From assembly GCA_963678065.2 (NCBI GenBank), contig CAXXVZ010000004.1:640001-704000 (forward strand): a DNA stretch of 64,000 bases, written 5' to 3'. Below the pieces are notes generated by a model. It was not told the DNA's origin. It saw only the letters and a program-made list of their open reading frames with translations, and searched no databases. Origin of the DNA: Treponemataceae bacterium (GTDB taxonomy: Bacteria; Spirochaetota; Spirochaetia; Treponematales; Rectinemataceae). Shown in pieces: positions 48,619 to 58,900 of this stretch. Within the stretch, counting starts at the first letter, position 1; every line of letters begins with the position of its first letter. The position numbers were made by a program, and so were the translations under genes.

Positions 48619-49190
48619 TCATTCCCCCGCTTCCCGGATTTCCCGTGTTTTTCCAGGTGGATCACCTGCAGCTCCTCCTCCTTCTCGGAATACAGCAGGT
48701 CGTCCTCCTTGAGTACGCCGAAAAGGAACAGGAGCGAGTCGTACATGATGATGGTTCCGGCGATAGGCATCGAAATATATTGGACCGAGCGGGGGAAACC
48801 TGTCGCGGCCATGGTGAAGCGCCACAGCTGGACGCAGAGGTTCCATCCGTAAAACGTCATTATGGCGCCACAGGAAAAGGTCGAGAGGTTGATGAGGATG
48901 TCCAGGATCTTACGCCCCCGGCCGTTCGCCGGAAGGCGGGTATAGAAGAAACCGAGCCCGATGTGCAGGTGATCGCGGACGCCCATGGCGCAGGCGATGA
49001 ACGCAAAGAGGGCGACCAGGGTGCGCGGCACCTCTTCCGCCCAGATTATTCCGGAATTCAGGACATAACGGAAGAACACCGTGGTGCACACGATCGCGAT
49101 CATGGCGAACAATGCCACCTGAGCGATGACGAGCAGTATCTTGTGGATGACGGTATCGATGGAGCGAAGAATTCCAGCGAAGTCGCGCAT
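48615..49190 (-). CDS. TRAP transporter small permease (DctQ)
   Basis: VFFRYVLN...WAEEVPR...HI, about 4 TMs. Confidence 0.9.
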   Translation of the reverse strand: MRDFAGILRSIDTVIHKILLVIAQVALFAMIAIVCTTVFFRYVLNSGIIWAEEVPRTLVALFAFIACAMGVRDHLHIGLGFFYTRLPANGRGRKILDILINLSTFSCGAIMTFYGWNLCVQLWRFTMAATGFPRSVQYISMPIAGTIIMYDSLLFLFGVLKEDDLLYSEKEEELQVIHLEKHGKSGKRGNE

Positions 49191-49261
49191 GTAGCCTCTC
49201 CCCTTGACCAAGAAAGAGGAATCCCCTCGGAGGGGGATCCCTCTTTTTCATCGAAGCTCCT

Positions 49262-50257
49262 TCAGAACTTCTTGCCCAATTCGGCTATAGCGTTGATGAT
49301 GCTCGTGTATTTCGCGCCGTATTCCTTGTAGAGGGGCGCCATTGCGTCCTGGAACGCCTGCATCTCCTTGGCGGTCAGGGGCACCGCCGTGGCACCGTTG
49401 GCCAGCACATTCGCCTCGGACTTCTTCTCCATCGCCTTCCACTGGGCGATCTCGAATTCCTGGGTCTGCTTGGCGCAGGCTTTGATGATCTCGATATCCG
49501 CGGCAGATACCTTCCTCGCCTTGAGGGAAGCCTCCGACACAAGGAGGATCTCGGGGACCCGGGTGTGGTGGTCGAGAATGTAGAACTTCGCCGCCTTGAA
49601 GTCGCCCTTGGTGTCATAGGTCGGCCAGTTGTTCTCGGCGCCGTCGATGATCCCGGACATGATGCTGGAATAGATCTCGTTCGATCCGATGCCGGTCACG
49701 GAAGTCGCGCCGAGGAGCTCGGTCATCTTGACCATCATCTTGTTGTCCTGCATGCGGATCTTGAGACCGGCCAGCTCCTTGGGGGTGGTGGCTTTCTTTG
49801 TGAGGTAGTAGCAGCGACTGCCGGCGTCGTACCAGCACAGACCGATGAGCCCCGAGCCGGAGGACTGGACCTTTTTCAGCATGTCCTGCCCGATCTGACC
49901 GTTGAGTACCGCCCACATGTGGTCTGAGTTCTTGTACAGGTAAGGAAGCTGAATGGCGTTGAGGTCGGGCACGAACTCGGCCACCGGTGCGGCAGATACG
50001 CGGGCGAAGCCCAGCTCGCCGATGACCATGGCTTCGATGGATTCTGCCTCGGTCCCGTACAGGACGCCGCCGGAATACACGGCAATCTCGATGCGGCCCT
50101 GGGTTTTTTCGTTGACCAACCTAGCGAACTCTCTGTCGGCCATCGTCGTGGGATAGCCCTCCATGTGGACTTCGCTCAATTTGAGCTTGATCGGCGCCGC
50201 CGAAAGGATAGTGACAACCAGCATGAGCATCGAAATCACTAAAGCCGTCTTCTTCAT
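49262..50257 (-). CDS. TRAP binding protein (DctP), probably for a uronate
   Basis: Signal peptide, WYDAGSR, GLKIRMQ and IDGAENN. Pectin-locus context. Confidence 0.9.
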   Translation of the reverse strand: MKKTALVISMLMLVVTILSAAPIKLKLSEVHMEGYPTTMADREFARLVNEKTQGRIEIAVYSGGVLYGTEAESIEAMVIGELGFARVSAAPVAEFVPDLNAIQLPYLYKNSDHMWAVLNGQIGQDMLKKVQSSGSGLIGLCWYDAGSRCYYLTKKATTPKELAGLKIRMQDNKMMVKMTELLGATSVTGIGSNEIYSSIMSGIIDGAENNWPTYDTKGDFKAAKFYILDHHTRVPEILLVSEASLKARKVSAADIEIIKACAKQTQEFEIAQWKAMEKKSEANVLANGATAVPLTAKEMQAFQDAMAPLYKEYGAKYTSIINAIAELGKKF

Positions 50258-50512
50258 GATGCTTTTCCTCCTATAGAAACTTTGCCGAGATATCCTTGAT
50301 GGATCTCGGTTCTCGTGACCCCGTTCACGTCCCTCATCATTAAGCCCATTTTAACGCGTCTAGGTTGGCCCTCCAGATAGAAGTCCCATGGTCACTGGAT
50401 CGCCGGAGACAGTCTAGGGTTGTTCCCGGAATTGAGGATGCCGAAGTTCATGTCATTTTCGGTACTTTGATGCTCGGGATAGCCGATTCAAGGATGAAGG
50501 GGCCGCAGATAT

Positions 50513-51505
50513 TCATTTTACCGCTTTGATGCGCGCTATCCACGCCTTGATTTCCGGACTCTGCTTTTCGTACAGGGGTTTCGCGAGAGTCTCCCAAATC
50601 GAGGTATCCTGGATACGCTCGACCTTGATTCCTTCCTTCGCGACGCGGCCCGCGGCGATATTCTCATAGAGCGCCCACTCGTTCCGCTGATAGTCGATCG
50701 TGTCCATCGCCGCCTTTGCGATAAGGTCTCTTTCCGCCTGCGTCAACGAAGAAAACCCGACAGCGGATCCGACGATGATCTCGGGAATCCGCACGTGTCC
50801 GGTCAGGCTGTAATACCCCGCGATCTGGTAATGCCGCGAGGTCAGATAGGTCGGAATGTTGTTTTCGGCCCCGTCGATGGATTTCATCTGCAATGAGTTA
50901 TAGACTTCGCCGAAGGCCTGTTGCACGGGGATGCCCCCGAAGGCCTGTATCATGTCCGTCATCAGACTGCTTTCCTGCACGCGTATCTTCAGCCCGCGCA
51001 GGTCGGCGGGCGACCGGATGGGGCGTTTCGAGTTGTAGAAATTGCGGGAGCCGGCCTCGAACCAGCCGAGGCCGACGAAACCCGCATCTTTCACGCTTTC
51101 AAGAAGCTGCTTCCCGACATCTCCTTTCAGGACCCGCCACATATGTTCCCCGTCGCGGTAGAGATATGGCATCTGGAGGGCGTTCAGCCGCGGAACATAG
51201 GAGGCTACGGCCGACAGGGAAACCCGGGCCATATCGATAGCTCCGAACTGTACCTGTTCCAGGACGGTGATTTCCTGACCGAGTACGGAATCCGCGTAGA
51301 CGGATATCTGAATTCTTCCGCCCGAGCGTTCGAAGACGAGGCGGGCGAATTCATAATCGGCCCTCGCCGTCGGGTGATCGGTCGGGTGCAGTTCGGCGAG
51401 CCTCAGGCGCACTTCCACTCCGCCCGAGGCAAAAATGGGACTGACAGAAGTGAAGAAGGCCAGGACGATAGCGCATAAAGCGACTTTCACGGCGAACCTT
51501 TTCAC
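50513..51505 (-). CDS. Second DctP-type binding protein, in an operon with HK-RR
   Basis: Signal peptide, WFEAGSRNFY, GLKIRVQ and IDGAENN. GTG start 4 nt after the response-regulator stop. Confidence 0.88.
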   Translation of the reverse strand: MKRFAVKVALCAIVLAFFTSVSPIFASGGVEVRLRLAELHPTDHPTARADYEFARLVFERSGGRIQISVYADSVLGQEITVLEQVQFGAIDMARVSLSAVASYVPRLNALQMPYLYRDGEHMWRVLKGDVGKQLLESVKDAGFVGLGWFEAGSRNFYNSKRPIRSPADLRGLKIRVQESSLMTDMIQAFGGIPVQQAFGEVYNSLQMKSIDGAENNIPTYLTSRHYQIAGYYSLTGHVRIPEIIVGSAVGFSSLTQAERDLIAKAAMDTIDYQRNEWALYENIAAGRVAKEGIKVERIQDTSIWETLAKPLYEKQSPEIKAWIARIKAVK

Positions 51506-51509
51506 TTCG

Positions 51510-52940
51510 TCATCTCTCCTTTCCCGGATCCGGGAGGGACGCGGTTCCCAGCGCCGCATATTCGCCCGGACTCATTCCAGTGAATTTGCGAAAAACTCGC
51601 GCAAAATACGCGGGATCCCTGAACCCCGACAGAAAGGACGCTTCCTTGATCGAGCAGCTCCCGGAGGACAGATATTGCCTCGACTTCTCCACCCGGAACC
51701 GCGAGAGGCATTCCGCGAAACCCATGCCGGCGTGCCTGCCGAGCAGCCGCGAGAGATGCGAGGGTGAAACGGACAATTCCTGGGCTACCGATTCAAGCGA
51801 AAGGTCGTCGGCGTGGCGCTCCTCCATGAGTTCGAGAGCCCTCTGTGCTGTCGCTTTTCCCACCGCGTTTACGGGGTTGGAATGATTCACAGGGTTCGCC
51901 GATGCCGATCCCGACGCGGAAAACCGATCGCTTGCCGGCATGGGATGTCCGCCTGGATTCAGGACAAGAGAAGTGTCGAAAGGCGCGGAGAGGCCGACCA
52001 CGATGACGGGATTGCCGGAATTCGCGATCGCGCAGGCCCTCCGCGCCGCTCCGACGAGCGCTTCAGGTCCGGATGTTTCCCGCGTCGCCTGTACATGCGC
52101 GATCATCGCGGCCCCGGCTGCTGTCGAAAGCCCCAATTCCGTCCGCGCCTTCGCGACGATGCCCAGGAGATCGTCCCGAAGCTTCACCTCGAAATACCGA
52201 ATGACTTTGTCAGTTTCCGAAGATGGCGCGTCTGTGCCAACCGCGATTATTCCGGTGACAAACTCCCTTCCGGCTCCGGCAAGGACCTTCACGCCCGCAA
52301 TATCGAACCCGCGCTCTACGATCGGGGTCAAGGCAGAGATCGAAGCCGAAGCAGAAAGGCTGCTCGCGGGCCCCAGGGGTTTCATGCGGATGACGGCGAT
52401 GACTCTCCCCTTGTTTCCGGACAATTCCATGTACCGTTCCATCTTCACGCAGTCGACGAGTCCCGAGGCGAGGCCCGAACGGATTTCCCCCGCCATGAAA
52501 TCCAAAGCTCCCTTTAGCCGGGACGTACCCTCGCCAACGCTCATCGAAGAATCGGATTCCATATCGGATCGCTCGGAGACGGCATGACGGAATGCCGAGA
52601 GGACCTCGTCCGCTGAGGCCGGCTTCAGAAGGAAATCCTCGACCTTGAGACGAAGAGCGGAGCGCGCATATTCGAAATTGTCGTGGGCTGTCAGGAAAAT
52701 GATGGGCAGGTGGGGATATTTCTCCCTGATGAGCTGGGCGGTCCTAATTCCATCCATGCCGGGCATCCGGATGTCGAGAAATACTGCGTCGAACCTGGTT
52801 CTGCCTATCTTTTCCATCACCTCGAGCCCATTGGAGGCCTCGGAAATTTCCGCTCCTGGTTCCTGACACCCACCGATGATGTGGCGGAGAGCCCTCCGTT
52901 CCAGCTCCTCATCGTCGGCGACAAGCACTTTATACGGCAT
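51510..52940 (-). CDS. Response regulator REC-AraC
   Basis: VLVADDE, LDIRMP and FLLKP, with C-terminal SPSHLSRL...GFRDPAYFARVFRK. Confidence 0.92.
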   Translation of the reverse strand: MPYKVLVADDEELERRALRHIIGGCQEPGAEISEASNGLEVMEKIGRTRFDAVFLDIRMPGMDGIRTAQLIREKYPHLPIIFLTAHDNFEYARSALRLKVEDFLLKPASADEVLSAFRHAVSERSDMESDSSMSVGEGTSRLKGALDFMAGEIRSGLASGLVDCVKMERYMELSGNKGRVIAVIRMKPLGPASSLSASASISALTPIVERGFDIAGVKVLAGAGREFVTGIIAVGTDAPSSETDKVIRYFEVKLRDDLLGIVAKARTELGLSTAAGAAMIAHVQATRETSGPEALVGAARRACAIANSGNPVIVVGLSAPFDTSLVLNPGGHPMPASDRFSASGSASANPVNHSNPVNAVGKATAQRALELMEERHADDLSLESVAQELSVSPSHLSRLLGRHAGMGFAECLSRFRVEKSRQYLSSGSCSIKEASFLSGFRDPAYFARVFRKFTGMSPGEYAALGTASLPDPGKER

Positions 52941-54450
52941 CTGGATACTCTCCGGAAATGAGGATCGGCAAGCTGATGCGGACGATGGTCCCCCTGTCCG
53001 GCAATGACGATATGGAAAGTTTCGCGGTACCGGGATACCGGTAGGCGAGACGGATCTCTAGATCCGCCATTCCGACTCCGGAAGCCGCCTCCCGGCTGCC
53101 ATCGACCGGATACGCGGCTGTGGGCATGCCGGCTGCAGCCTTTCGCAGGGCATGCAAAGTTTCCGCATCCATCCCCGATCCCGAATCTGCCACTACGAGC
53201 CGGACCCTTTCGCCCCGACGGCTGGCATCGACGATGACTCGGCCGCCGGCGACAAGGGGTTCAATGCCATGCCTGACGGCATTCTCTACGATTGGTTGGA
53301 GGGAAAATCTCGGGATAAGGACATTCTCCACTTCGGGATCGCCGCGTATCTCCCATGCCAGACGGGATCCGAAACGGATTTTCTGGAAAGACAGATACTC
53401 GCGGAGCGCAGTCAGCTCCTCCGCCACGGTGACGAAGGAGCCGTCCGAAGAAAGCGAATATCTCATGAGTTTTCCGAGACTCTGAGCCAGTCTTTCCGTT
53501 TCGGGAGCATTTTCGAACAGCGCGCTCCGCGCGATAGTATTGATCGCGTTGAACAGGAAATGCGGCCTGATACGCTCCTGCAGGTTCATGAACTGGGCTT
53601 CCTTCAAGGCTTTGTTCATGGAGACGCGAGAGAGCGTTTCCTCATGCAGCATCCGCTCGAGTTCGACTTTTTCCTTAAGGCCCTCGACCATCGCCCGAAT
53701 GTTCGCGCTCATGACGTTGAACCCGTGTGCAAGAACCTCCATCTCGTCCCCGGTCCCGGCCTCTACAAGATCCACATCGAAGTCTCCTGAGGCAATCCTG
53801 TCGGCAACTTCGGCGAGACGGCGCACCGGAGCTGAAATCGACGAAGCAAAAAGGGCGGCGAATGCCATGGCGAGAATGCCCGAGCCCGCGAGCCCCGCGA
53901 TCGCAAGCTGCCGGTACTGCGCACTCCGCCGCGCGATCTCCCTGTATCGTATCGTTCCCGAGGTCATGGAGAGGGAGAGGAGTTTCCCCAGGTATTCGTC
54001 GGTGTAAGAAGCTATCCTGTCGGCCTGCAAAAAATGCTGGTAGGCATCGGGATCGTTTTCGGCGCGCCCGCGCAGGAAGTCGCGCGCGAGGGGAACATAG
54101 GCGTCCATGCCGCGTCCGACGGCCCTGTGTTCGAAAAAGATTTCGGTCGATTCGGCTTCGAGGCGGATCAGGGAGGCAGACATGTCTCTCAGGGTCGAGA
54201 GCCCCGCCTCGAGGGTTTCCCTCTGCTCGGGAAGGCTCTCGCGCATGTAGCGCCCACCGAGCGCGCGGAAGTCCGTCAGGGCGGAGCGCAATCCCTGGAT
54301 ATCGTGGTAGGTGGTCAGCCTTTTTTCGAATTCCCGTCCCGCCCGCACGGCGGCGCTCTGGGCAAATATCTCGATGACGAGGACCACGGCGAGCGTGGCC
54401 CCGTAGAACCCGAGTATCTTTCCCCTGATGCCTACGCGCGGCCGATGCAT
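52930..54450 (-). CDS. HAMP-containing sensor histidine kinase (LytS/YesM type)
   Basis: Two TMs, HAMP, LQERIRPHFLFNAI, QPIVENAVRHG and DSGSG. Confidence 0.9.
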   Translation of the reverse strand: MHRPRVGIRGKILGFYGATLAVVLVIEIFAQSAAVRAGREFEKRLTTYHDIQGLRSALTDFRALGGRYMRESLPEQRETLEAGLSTLRDMSASLIRLEAESTEIFFEHRAVGRGMDAYVPLARDFLRGRAENDPDAYQHFLQADRIASYTDEYLGKLLSLSMTSGTIRYREIARRSAQYRQLAIAGLAGSGILAMAFAALFASSISAPVRRLAEVADRIASGDFDVDLVEAGTGDEMEVLAHGFNVMSANIRAMVEGLKEKVELERMLHEETLSRVSMNKALKEAQFMNLQERIRPHFLFNAINTIARSALFENAPETERLAQSLGKLMRYSLSSDGSFVTVAEELTALREYLSFQKIRFGSRLAWEIRGDPEVENVLIPRFSLQPIVENAVRHGIEPLVAGGRVIVDASRRGERVRLVVADSGSGMDAETLHALRKAAAGMPTAAYPVDGSREAASGVGMADLEIRLAYRYPGTAKLSISSLPDRGTIVRISLPILISGEYPDAV

Positions 54451-54482
54451 GGGATGAAGGATCACCTGTAGACTGGAAGCCG

Positions 54483-54980
54483 TCAAGTCCGAACCGTTCC
54501 CGCCCCGAAAGCCTGTTTCTGCTTTTTCTTCAGGCGGGAGAGGGATTCGACGAGGTGAAGACGCATGAGGCTTTCGGCTTGTGGCCCCTTTCGCGCGGCG
54601 ATCAGGTCGAGGATGGCCCCGTGTTCCCTCAGTTCCTCGCGAAGGATTTTTTCGTCGCCATGCCGGAAAAAGATCTTCCGCCTGACCGCGATCAGATTGC
54701 CCTTCATGTTTTCGAACATGCCGATGAGGACGCGGTTGCCCGATATCCTGTACAAAGTGTAGTGGAAGACGAGACCACGTTCGAACCCATAATTCTTCTG
54801 GTCGAAGGCCTTCTGGTTCGCGTCGAGTACCTCCCGGAGGCCGGCTATGTCCGCTTCCGTCGCGCTCTCGGCCACCATCCGCGCGAGTCCCGGCTCGATG
54901 ACGACGCGAGCCTCCATCATCGCGATGATCTGGTTGGATATCTCTTCATACAGATTCTTGTGGCGGGCCGGCGTGATCAT
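54483..54980 (-). pseudogene. FadR/GntR-family regulator lacking its wHTH (FCD domain only)
   Basis: The GntR N-terminal helix KNLYEEISNQIIAM is fused directly to FCD MEARVVIEPG...FH...SGN...EH..I...HL. There is no LPSE.EL...VSR..VREAL segment. Confidence 0.65.
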
Positions 54981-55005
54981 CGAATCCTCCGAGTTCCGGT
55001 CGACA

Positions 55006-55896
55006 CTACAGCGTAACCGCGCCAGCGTAGCCGAGGATGGAAGAGATGCGGGCGGCGGCGGACTTCACCTGCTCCGCCCATGCCGGTTCGGAGGCGGGGT
55101 CGAAGCGGAAACGCGGCCAGGAAACGGAGATGGCAGCGACGACGGCGCCTGTGTAGTCGAAGACCGGCGCGGCGATGCAGCGGATGCCCTCTTCGTGCTC
55201 CTCATCGTCGCGGCCGAAACCTTCACGGCGTATGCGTTCGAGTTCGGCTTCGAGAGACAGGCGCGTGGCCAGGGTATTCGGGGTGAAGGCGACGAGCTTG
55301 ATTCCGTCCAGCTGGGCCGCTCTCTCCGCGGGCGGGGAAAAAGCCAGGATTACCTTGCCGATGGCCGTACAGTGCAGGGGCATGCGTCGACCGACCCGGG
55401 AATACATGCGGATCGTGTAGCGGGACTCTATCTTGAGGACATAGACGGCGGAGTCTCCGTCGAGCACGCCCATGTGGACGGTTTCGCCGAGTCCGGCGGC
55501 GAGTTCCTCCGCAATAGGCTTCGCCGCCGAAAGAAGGTCCATGTGGTCGAGGGCGCGGGAGCCCATGTTGAACATGCGCAGGGTTACGGCCCAGCGGTCG
55601 TCGTGTTCGCGACGCGCGTAGCCCAGCTCCTGGAGCGTGAGCAGAAAGCGATAGAGCGTCGGTTTGGCCAGCCCCACTTCGCGCGACAAATCCTCCAGAC
55701 CGATGGCATTCTGGTGGCCGAGGCGCTCGAGGATGGAGAGGGTGCGGACGGCCGCGCTGACGAGAGGAACGCGCGCCGGACGCGATGGTCCGGCGGCTGT
55801 CCTGTCGGGACTGACGTTTTTCCGCGCAGGGCGGGGCGGGGCGGCGGAAGGCTGCGCGACTCCCCTCGTGTTTCCGGAAAGGCTTTTTTTCGGCAT
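55006..55896 (-). CDS. kdgR: IclR-family repressor KdgR
   Basis: Closely resembles enterobacterial KdgR (TLYRFL.TL.ELGY, GSRAL, ETVHMG, RMYSRVGRR..LHCTAIGKV, DEEHEEGIRCIAAPVFD). Pectin context and KdgR-like boxes in the window. Confidence 0.85.
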   Translation of the reverse strand: MPKKSLSGNTRGVAQPSAAPPRPARKNVSPDRTAAGPSRPARVPLVSAAVRTLSILERLGHQNAIGLEDLSREVGLAKPTLYRFLLTLQELGYARREHDDRWAVTLRMFNMGSRALDHMDLLSAAKPIAEELAAGLGETVHMGVLDGDSAVYVLKIESRYTIRMYSRVGRRMPLHCTAIGKVILAFSPPAERAAQLDGIKLVAFTPNTLATRLSLEAELERIRREGFGRDDEEHEEGIRCIAAPVFDYTGAVVAAISVSWPRFRFDPASEPAWAEQVKSAAARISSILGYAGAVTL

Positions 55897-55988
55897 CGGG
55901 ACTCCCGGATCATTCTGGACGAGGCGGGTTATCGAGTCAAGCGCAGGAGGGCGTCGACAGAGGCGCGCGGGCGTGGCATCCTGTGGAT

Positions 55989-58900
55989 ATGGCAAAGCGG
56001 TGCGGAAAGGGAAAACGGAACGCGGTGGGTCTCGTCCTCGCTGACCTGAACTCGGGCGCCGGACAGATACTCTGGCCGAGCGTAGCCGAAAAGGCGGAGG
56101 AAGCGGATGTCGACCTCTTCTGCTTTCCGGGCGGCAGGATAGGCCAGAAGGAGGGTTACGAGACATCCCGGAATACCGTCTTCGACCTCGCCGCCGGCGC
56201 GAAGCTCGACGGCATCCTCGTCTGGCCTTCTTCCATGAGCGGCGCGGCGCCCGAGTCCGTCGTCAGGAGCCTCGTAGAGCGGTTTTCAGACAAGCCAGTC
56301 GTCGCCCTGTCATCGGGACTCTCCGGATTGCCGATGGTCGCGATCGACTATTACGGCGGCATGAAGAAGGCTGTCCTTCACGCGATAGAGTGTCACAGTA
56401 TGGCCCGGATCGCATTTCTCCGCGGCCCCGAGCGGCACGAGGGAGCGCGCGAACGATATCAGGCCTACCTCGACACGCTGGCGGAGAAGGGCATCGGCCT
56501 CGACCCGCGACTCGTGAGTTCGCCCTGGTTCTGGGACTCGGGAACTGAAGCCATGCTCGAACTCCTGGACGGCAGGGGACTTGTGCCGGGCAGGGATTTC
56601 GAGGCGCTCGTGGCCTCGAGCGATCTCATGGCGCTGTTCGCCGTGAAGGCTCTCCAGTCGCGGGGTTATGCGATACCGGCGGACCTCGCCGTCATCGGCA
56701 TGAACGACTCGGTGGAATCCCGCGTGTCGACGCCCCCGCTCACGACGGCCAACGGCCCTTTCGCGCGGCTCGGCGCCGCGGGCCTCGATATACTGCTCGG
56801 AAAGATCGCGCGGCGGAATGTGCCGGAGAGCATGCGCCTCGAGTCGGAACTGGTCGTGAGGGAATCCTGCGGATGCCCGGAGAATAAAAGGACGGCAGCC
56901 GCGCCTGAAACAGGCAGGAGCGCCTACGAGATCTGGGAGAATGAGAGGCGCGACGTCGAACTGAGGACTCTCGGCCGGGATCTCCTCATGTCCCTCGACT
57001 CAGGATCGATGTCGTCGAGACTCATGAAAGGCCTTCCCCCGCTCGGCGTACGGAGCGCCTATGTCTGCACGTTTGATCCGGCGGGGGATTCTTCGCGCGC
57101 GCGCCTCGTGTCGGGATTCCGTGACGACGAGGACCTGTCGGCACCGGATGAGGCATTTCCGGCCTCGCTGCTCGTCCCTCCCGGATGCTTCCCCGACAGA
57201 TGCCTCTCCTACATCGTCGAACCGCTGTTCTTCCACGAGGACCCCATCGGATACGCCCTTTTCGAAATCGGACCGAAGGCGGGGGCCTTCTACGAATCGC
57301 TGCGCGACGCGGTTTCGGGAGCTCTGAGGAGCATACTCCTCGTCGCGGATATCGAGAGCGCGAGGGAGCGGGCGGAGCGGGCGGACAGGATCAAGACCCA
57401 CCTCCTCTCGAATGTCTCGCACGAACTGCGCGCGCCGGTCACGACGATACTGAAGGGAGCGGAGCGGCTCGCGGTGAAGCTGGGCCCGGAATACCCCGAC
57501 GACGACGCGCGGGCCGAGCTCGACAGGATCGCGAGAAGCGCCCGGCAGCAGCTGCGCCTCGTCAACGACCTCCTCGACCTTTCCCGTGCGGAAATGGACG
57601 AACTCGATATCGCCCGGAGGCCGCTCGACCCTGCCCCCTTTCTTGCGGAGATTTTTTCGGATTACGCGACGGACGCGGCTCCGGCTGTCCGATGGATACT
57701 GGACATTCCCGAAAAACTGCCGATCGTAATGTCGGATGCCGCCCGCATCCGACAGATCGTCGGCAATCTCCTCGACAACGCGCGCAAGTTCACGGCCTCG
57801 GGGTCGATCCGGCTCTCCGCGGCAGTCGATGCTCCCGATCTTCTCGTGACTGTGTCCGACACGGGCCCCGGCATCGCGGCGAAAAAACTGCCCCACATAT
57901 TCGAACCCTTCGTGTCGGCGGGGCGCGCGGGCGCGCAGGAAAGGATAGGGGACAGTCAGTCAGGGTCGCGCCATGCCGGAGCAGGCCAGGCCGCAGGCTG
58001 TCCGCCCCGGACAGGCGGAGCGGGTCTCGGGCTCGGCATCGCGCGCCACCTCGCCCTCCTCCACTACGGAAAGCTGGAAGTGCAGAGCGAGGAGGGCCGC
58101 GGGTCCTCTTTCACGCTGAGCCTTCCCCTCCCCGATCCAGGGGGGAAAAAAACGGTCCGGGATACCGCCGAAGGGAGCAAAAGCGAGGTGATCGCCCTCA
58201 TTTCCCCGGAAGCGGCGAAGGCGGAGGGACTGGAAGAGACTGCCGCGAGGCTCGGCATTCCCGCGGAAAAACTGTGTCGCATAACCATCGCGGAAGCAGA
58301 GGCGGGGATCCTCGAGAGCATGGATCCCGCGGCGATAGCCTGGGATCTGGCGAGAAAGCCCGGCGCGGAGGAATGGAGCCTGTTCAGGAAAATCCGCCAG
58401 AACGCGGCGCTCACGGCGAAGCCTTTCCTCGTCTACCCCGCGCCTGTCCGCGACGCAAAGGGGCGAGAGAGAAGCGCCCCGGCGACCTTCATAGGCAAGG
58501 ATGCGGACGGGGAAGCGCTCGCGCGGTTCGCCGGGCTCGTTCTGGGGGAAAGCAGTGTCGACCCGGTGCTCGTCGCGGACGATGATCCCGACGCCCGGGC
58601 CGAAGCCTGCAGGATGGTCGCGTCGGCCCTGCCTGGTCGGGAAATACTGGCGGCGAAGGACGGCGCGGAGGCCTGGGAAATCCTGAGGGAAACGGCGATA
58701 AGCCTCGCCATCCTCGACATCGTCATGCCGCCGCCGGACGGTTTCCGCCTCCTCGAACGTATGCGCGCCGACCCGAGACTCGCGGGTATTCCTGTCCTTC
58801 TTCTGACGGACAAGGTCATCACCATGGAAGATATCGCGAAGATCGAGTCTCATCCCCGCCTCGCGTTGCGGAACAAGGGAATCCTTACGGAGCGCGAGGA

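Noticed and set aside
50258..50512. sRNA or regulator repeats upstream of dctP (TCTAGGTTG / TCTAGGGTTG)
   Set aside because: The matches are too short and irregularly spaced to support a call.
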